Source: an uncultured Gemmatimonadales bacterium (GTDB lineage: Bacteria; Gemmatimonadota; Gemmatimonadetes; Gemmatimonadales; GWC2-71-9). Taken from it: DNA of 64,000 nucleotides. The translations under genes were made by a program, and so were the position numbers. The notes under the pieces are model-generated. The model ran no database searches, had not been told where the DNA came from, and saw only the letters and a list, made by a program, of their open reading frames with translations. The stretch spans positions 128,001-192,000 of the forward strand of contig CAWJMT010000037.1 in the NCBI GenBank assembly GCA_963844035.1, given 5' to 3'. This document shows positions 61,100 to 64,000 of this stretch, piece after piece; positions within the stretch are counted from its first letter, which is position 1, and every line of letters begins with the position of its first letter.

Positions 61100-61570
61100 A
61101 TGATTCCCTTGGACAATCAGCCCCCTGGTTACTGGGCCACCACGCTGTACCGGGAGCCGCGCAAACGCCCCAAGGCCGACGCGCCACTCAAGGACCTGCC
61201 GCCCAGGGCGGCGCAGCGCTTCAAGCTGGCGCGCGAGGGCGTGCGCGCGATGAAGCACGTGAGCGAGCAGGTGGTATTTCTCGGGACCGCGTGGAAATGG
61301 GTGTGGATGTACGAGGTCAGCGGGCGGAAGCTCGGGTATCTCCACCCGATGGAGTCGAGCGTCAGCGCGACGTTCATCCTGACGGGCGCTGAAGAGCGGG
61401 AGCTCACCGGTACGACCAGCGCGCCCCGGGCCGTGCACGAAGCGATGCGCGTCGGCATCCTGTCCGACGGCGTCCGGTGGTGCTGGCTCGACCTGCCCGA
61501 CCTCGATGCCGCCGAAGCGTTCGTCGCCGTCGTCAAGCTCAAGCATCTGCTGCTCTCGCGCCCGGAATAA
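61100..61570 (+). CDS. Hypothetical protein, DUF3788-like
   Basis: Tail of ORF 59885..61570 from MIPLDNQ; WKWVWMY..SGRKLGYLHP...DGVRWC...KLK. Confidence 0.6.
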   Translation: MIPLDNQPPGYWATTLYREPRKRPKADAPLKDLPPRAAQRFKLAREGVRAMKHVSEQVVFLGTAWKWVWMYEVSGRKLGYLHPMESSVSATFILTGAEERELTGTTSAPRAVHEAMRVGILSDGVRWCWLDLPDLDAAEAFVAVVKLKHLLLSRPE

Positions 61571-61690
61571 TCGGGACGCGGCCTGCCCTACCTATTCGGG
61601 CGGTCTTGCGGTGCTGGCCGGTAGAGCTACATTCTCGCGCGCTGCCGTCGTTCTTCCCCAACGTACATTCGCCATCGGGTGCTTGATTTG

Positions 61691-62257
61691 ATGACGAAGC
61701 GGAATCGTTGGGTCGTGGTGGGAATCGCGTCCGCCCTGTTCGCGGCCGTTCCCGCTGCTGCCCAAGAAGGCCAGAACGCGACCGCCGTCAAGGCGCCTGT
61801 CATCACTGACACGGCATCGCTGGCGGGTCCCCGGCAGCCAATATTCTTTCGTCACGATATCCACGCGGGTCAGGACCAGATCGCGTGTCTGTACTGTCAC
61901 TCCACCGTCACGGTGTCGAGCGAGCCCGGTATTCCGTCGCTCCAGACCTGTTACGGGTGTCACCTCATGATCGGCGGATCGACACCGTCGCACGAGGCCG
62001 AGATTCAAAAGGTCCGCGACGCGTGGAGCGAGAATAAGCCGCCCGAGTGGATTCGGATTCACGCCCTCCCCGACTTCGTTCACTTCCCCCACATGCGACA
62101 CATCAAAGCGCTCGGCACCGATGCCTGCAAAACCTGCCACGGCGACGTGAAGGCCATGCCGCAGGTACACCAGGTCTCGTCGCTCAAGATGGGGTGGTGC
62201 ATCAACTGTCACGTCGAGCGCAAAGTGACTCGCGATTGCTCCGTATGCCATTACTAA
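61691..62257 (+). CDS. actA: Pentaheme cytochrome c, ActA/QrcA-like
   Basis: Five CxxCH (CLYCH, CYGCH, CKTCH, CINCH, CSVCH); QPIFF.H..HAG; W.RIH.LPDFVHFPH; MGWC. Confidence 0.88.
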   Translation: MTKRNRWVVVGIASALFAAVPAAAQEGQNATAVKAPVITDTASLAGPRQPIFFRHDIHAGQDQIACLYCHSTVTVSSEPGIPSLQTCYGCHLMIGGSTPSHEAEIQKVRDAWSENKPPEWIRIHALPDFVHFPHMRHIKALGTDACKTCHGDVKAMPQVHQVSSLKMGWCINCHVERKVTRDCSVCHY

Positions 62258-62276
62258 TCCGGCGCCGGGAGATCTC

Positions 62277-64000
62277 ATGGGCGAGGGCATGAACCGCAGG
62301 CGGTTCCTGACGGTGCTCGGTGTCACCGGAGGCGGTGCCGCCGCCGTCGGTGCGTGTGGCGTCGGGGCAGAGTCGACGAAAAAGCTGATTCCCTATCTCG
62401 TCCAACCAGAAGACGAGGTGCCGGGCACGGCGACCATGTTCGCGACGACCTGCCGTGAGTGTGCTGCGGGCTGCGGCGTGCACGCGAAGGTCCGCGAGGG
62501 TCGCGTCATCAAGCTCGAAGGAAATCCCGAATCCCCGGTCAATCGCGGACGGCTGTGCGCCCGCGGCCAGGCGGCGCTGCAGGGCGTCTACAATCCCGAC
62601 CGCGTCACCGAGCCGCTCGCCCGCAACGCGCAGGGCGTGCTCGAAAAGGTCACCTGGGAAGTCGCGCTCGGGCACCTCAGCGCCAAAGTAAAGGCGGCCC
62701 GCGGCAAGGGGATCGTGTTCGTCACCGGCCACGAGGCGGGCAGCTTCGGTGACCTGGTGGATGAATGGGTCCAGACGGTGGGCGGGAAGCACGTCACCTA
62801 CGAGCCGTTCGGCTTCGAAGCGCTGCGCGAGGGGAATCGCCTCGCCTTTGGGACGGACGCCGTTCCTTCGTACGACCTGGCCAACGCCAAGTACATCCTG
62901 TCGTTCGGCGCCGACTTCCTCGACACCTGGCTGTCGCCCGTCGGCTACCAGGGAGCGTTTGCGCAATCCCACGGATTCCACGGCGAGCACGACGGGGGGA
63001 TGGCCAAGTTCGTCTTCGTCGGCCCGCGCATGTCCCTGACGGCGATGAATGCGGACGAGTGGATCGCCCCGGCTCCGGGGACCGAAGGCCTGCTCGCCCT
63101 GGCACTTGCCCAGGTGATCGTGCACGAGCGGCTCGGCGCGGCGGTGGAGATCGGGCGCGTGAGTGAGCTGCTCGGCCGGCATACCCCGCAGGCGGTCGCG
63201 GGCGCGGTCGGCATCGACGCCGCGGCGATCGAGCACCTGGCCCGCGAGTTCGCCAAGGCCAAGACCGGCGTGGCGCTGGCGGGCGGCATGGCGGCGCACT
63301 ATCCGAACGGCGCCGAGATCGTGGCCGCCGTGAATATCCTCAACTACGTGGTCGGAGCGGTGGGCAAGACGGTCGTGTTCGGACCGAATCAGAGCCTCGA
63401 CACGGTGAGTCCGTTCAAACGGATGGCCGACGTCGTGACCGACATGCAGGGCGGCAAGGTGGCCCTGCTGCTCGTGCACGGGGCGAATCCCGGGCACTCG
63501 CTGGGCGGCGGCTTCTGGCAGGCGTGGGCAAAGGTCGACTACAAGGTCAGCTTTTCGTCCTACCTCGACGAGACGGCAAGCGCCGCCGATCTCATCCTTC
63601 CCGATCTGCACCCGCTCGAGCAGTGGAACGACAGTCGCCCGCGCGCCGGCGTGTTCGCGCTGCAGCAGCCCGTCATGCAGCAGGTGTTCCCCAACACGCG
63701 CCAGACCGGCGACGTGCTGCTCTCCCTCGCCGGGAAAGTCCGACACGTTCAAGGACTACCTGCAGGGGCGGTGGAAGGCGGTCCACGCGCGGCACGGGCG
63801 GGGCAAGGCCTTCGCGGACTTCTGGAACGATGCGTTGCAGCACGGCGGCGTGTACGCCGACGCGCCGGCTCAGTCGGTCCGCCTCGGCGCCGATGCGGCC
63901 CATATCATGGCGGGCGCGCCCGCCGAGCCCGCGTTCGAGGGCAAGACCGGCGATCCCGTGCTGGTCGCGTTCCCGTCGATGGCGCTGCACGACGGGCGCG
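62277..64000 (+). CDS. actB: Tat-exported molybdopterin-oxidoreductase-fold subunit, ActB/QrcB-like (partial; frameshift near 63740)
   Basis: Manual translation MGEGMNRRRFLTVLG...VGAC...KLIPYLVQPEDEVPG...TTCRECAAGCG..EGRVIKLEGNPESPVNRGRLCARGQAALQGVYNPDR; not in the supplied ORF track. Confidence 0.85.
   Translation, partial: MGEGMNRRRFLTVLGVTGGGAAAVGACGVGAESTKKLIPYLVQPEDEVPGTATMFATTCRECAAGCGVHAKVREGRVIKLEGNPESPVNRGRLCARGQAALQGVYNPDRVTEPLARNAQGVLEKVTWEVALGHLSAKVKAARGKGIVFVTGHEAGSFGDLVDEWVQTVGGKHVTYEPFGFEALREGNRLAFGTDAVPSYDLANAKYILSFGADFLDTWLSPVGYQGAFAQSHGFHGEHDGGMAKFVFVGPRMSLTAMNADEWIAPAPGTEGLLALALAQVIVHERLGAAVEIGRVSELLGRHTPQAVAGAVGIDAAAIEHLAREFAKAKTGVALAGGMAAHYPNGAEIVAAVNILNYVVGAVGKTVVFGPNQSLDTVSPFKRMADVVTDMQGGKVALLLVHGANPGHSLGGGFWQAWAKVDYKVSFSSYLDETASAADLILPDLHPLEQWNDSRPRAGVFALQQPVMQQVFPNTRQTGDVLLSLAGKVRHVQGLPAGAVEGGPRAARAGQGLRGLLERCVAARRRVRRRAGSVGPPRRRCGPYHGGRARRARVRGQDRRSRAGRVPVDGAARRA

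Noticed and set aside
333..63752. Long antisense or alternate-frame ORFs (for example 333..1553 part, 17832..20339, 40149..42368, 42653..45379, 47699..49483, 62202..63752)
   Set aside because: Shadows of real genes in high-GC DNA with few stop codons; no motifs.
2238..63760. Dozens of frameshifts suggesting mass pseudogenisation or programmed frameshifting
   Set aside because: They are single-base indels scattered through unrelated genes, often in G/C runs, with intact motifs on both sides; assembly error is the simplest explanation. Read polishing would settle it.

Overview
GC-rich (roughly 70% by eye) bacterial window. Gene content suggests Gemmatimonadota (inference only). Many genes are broken by single-base indels, often in G/C runs, which looks like long-read assembly error, so split genes are reported as single reconstructed CDSs. 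Layout: (1) 1-16 kb: housekeeping and transport genes, plus a four-helix-bundle gene bracketed by inverted octamer arrays. (2) 16-42.6 kb: an accessory surface-structure block. It holds two tiny Arg-rich (D/E)RR-repeat ORFs; a four-gene DUF11-type fibre system whose termini suggest head-to-tail donor-strand (possibly isopeptide-locked) polymerisation from a tip adhesin to an outer-membrane barrel anchor; an NtrC-type sigma54 activator with two hybrid kinases; and an atypical chaperone-usher-like pilus locus with four paralogous pilins. Four GG-N10-GC sigma54 promoter motifs sit in front of the four structural transcription units. (3) 42.6-61.6 kb: glycan, peptide and amide catabolism genes and an orphan PqqD. 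(4) The start of an alternative complex III/Qrc-like operon. No rRNA, tRNA, CRISPR array, integrase or transposase was recognised.
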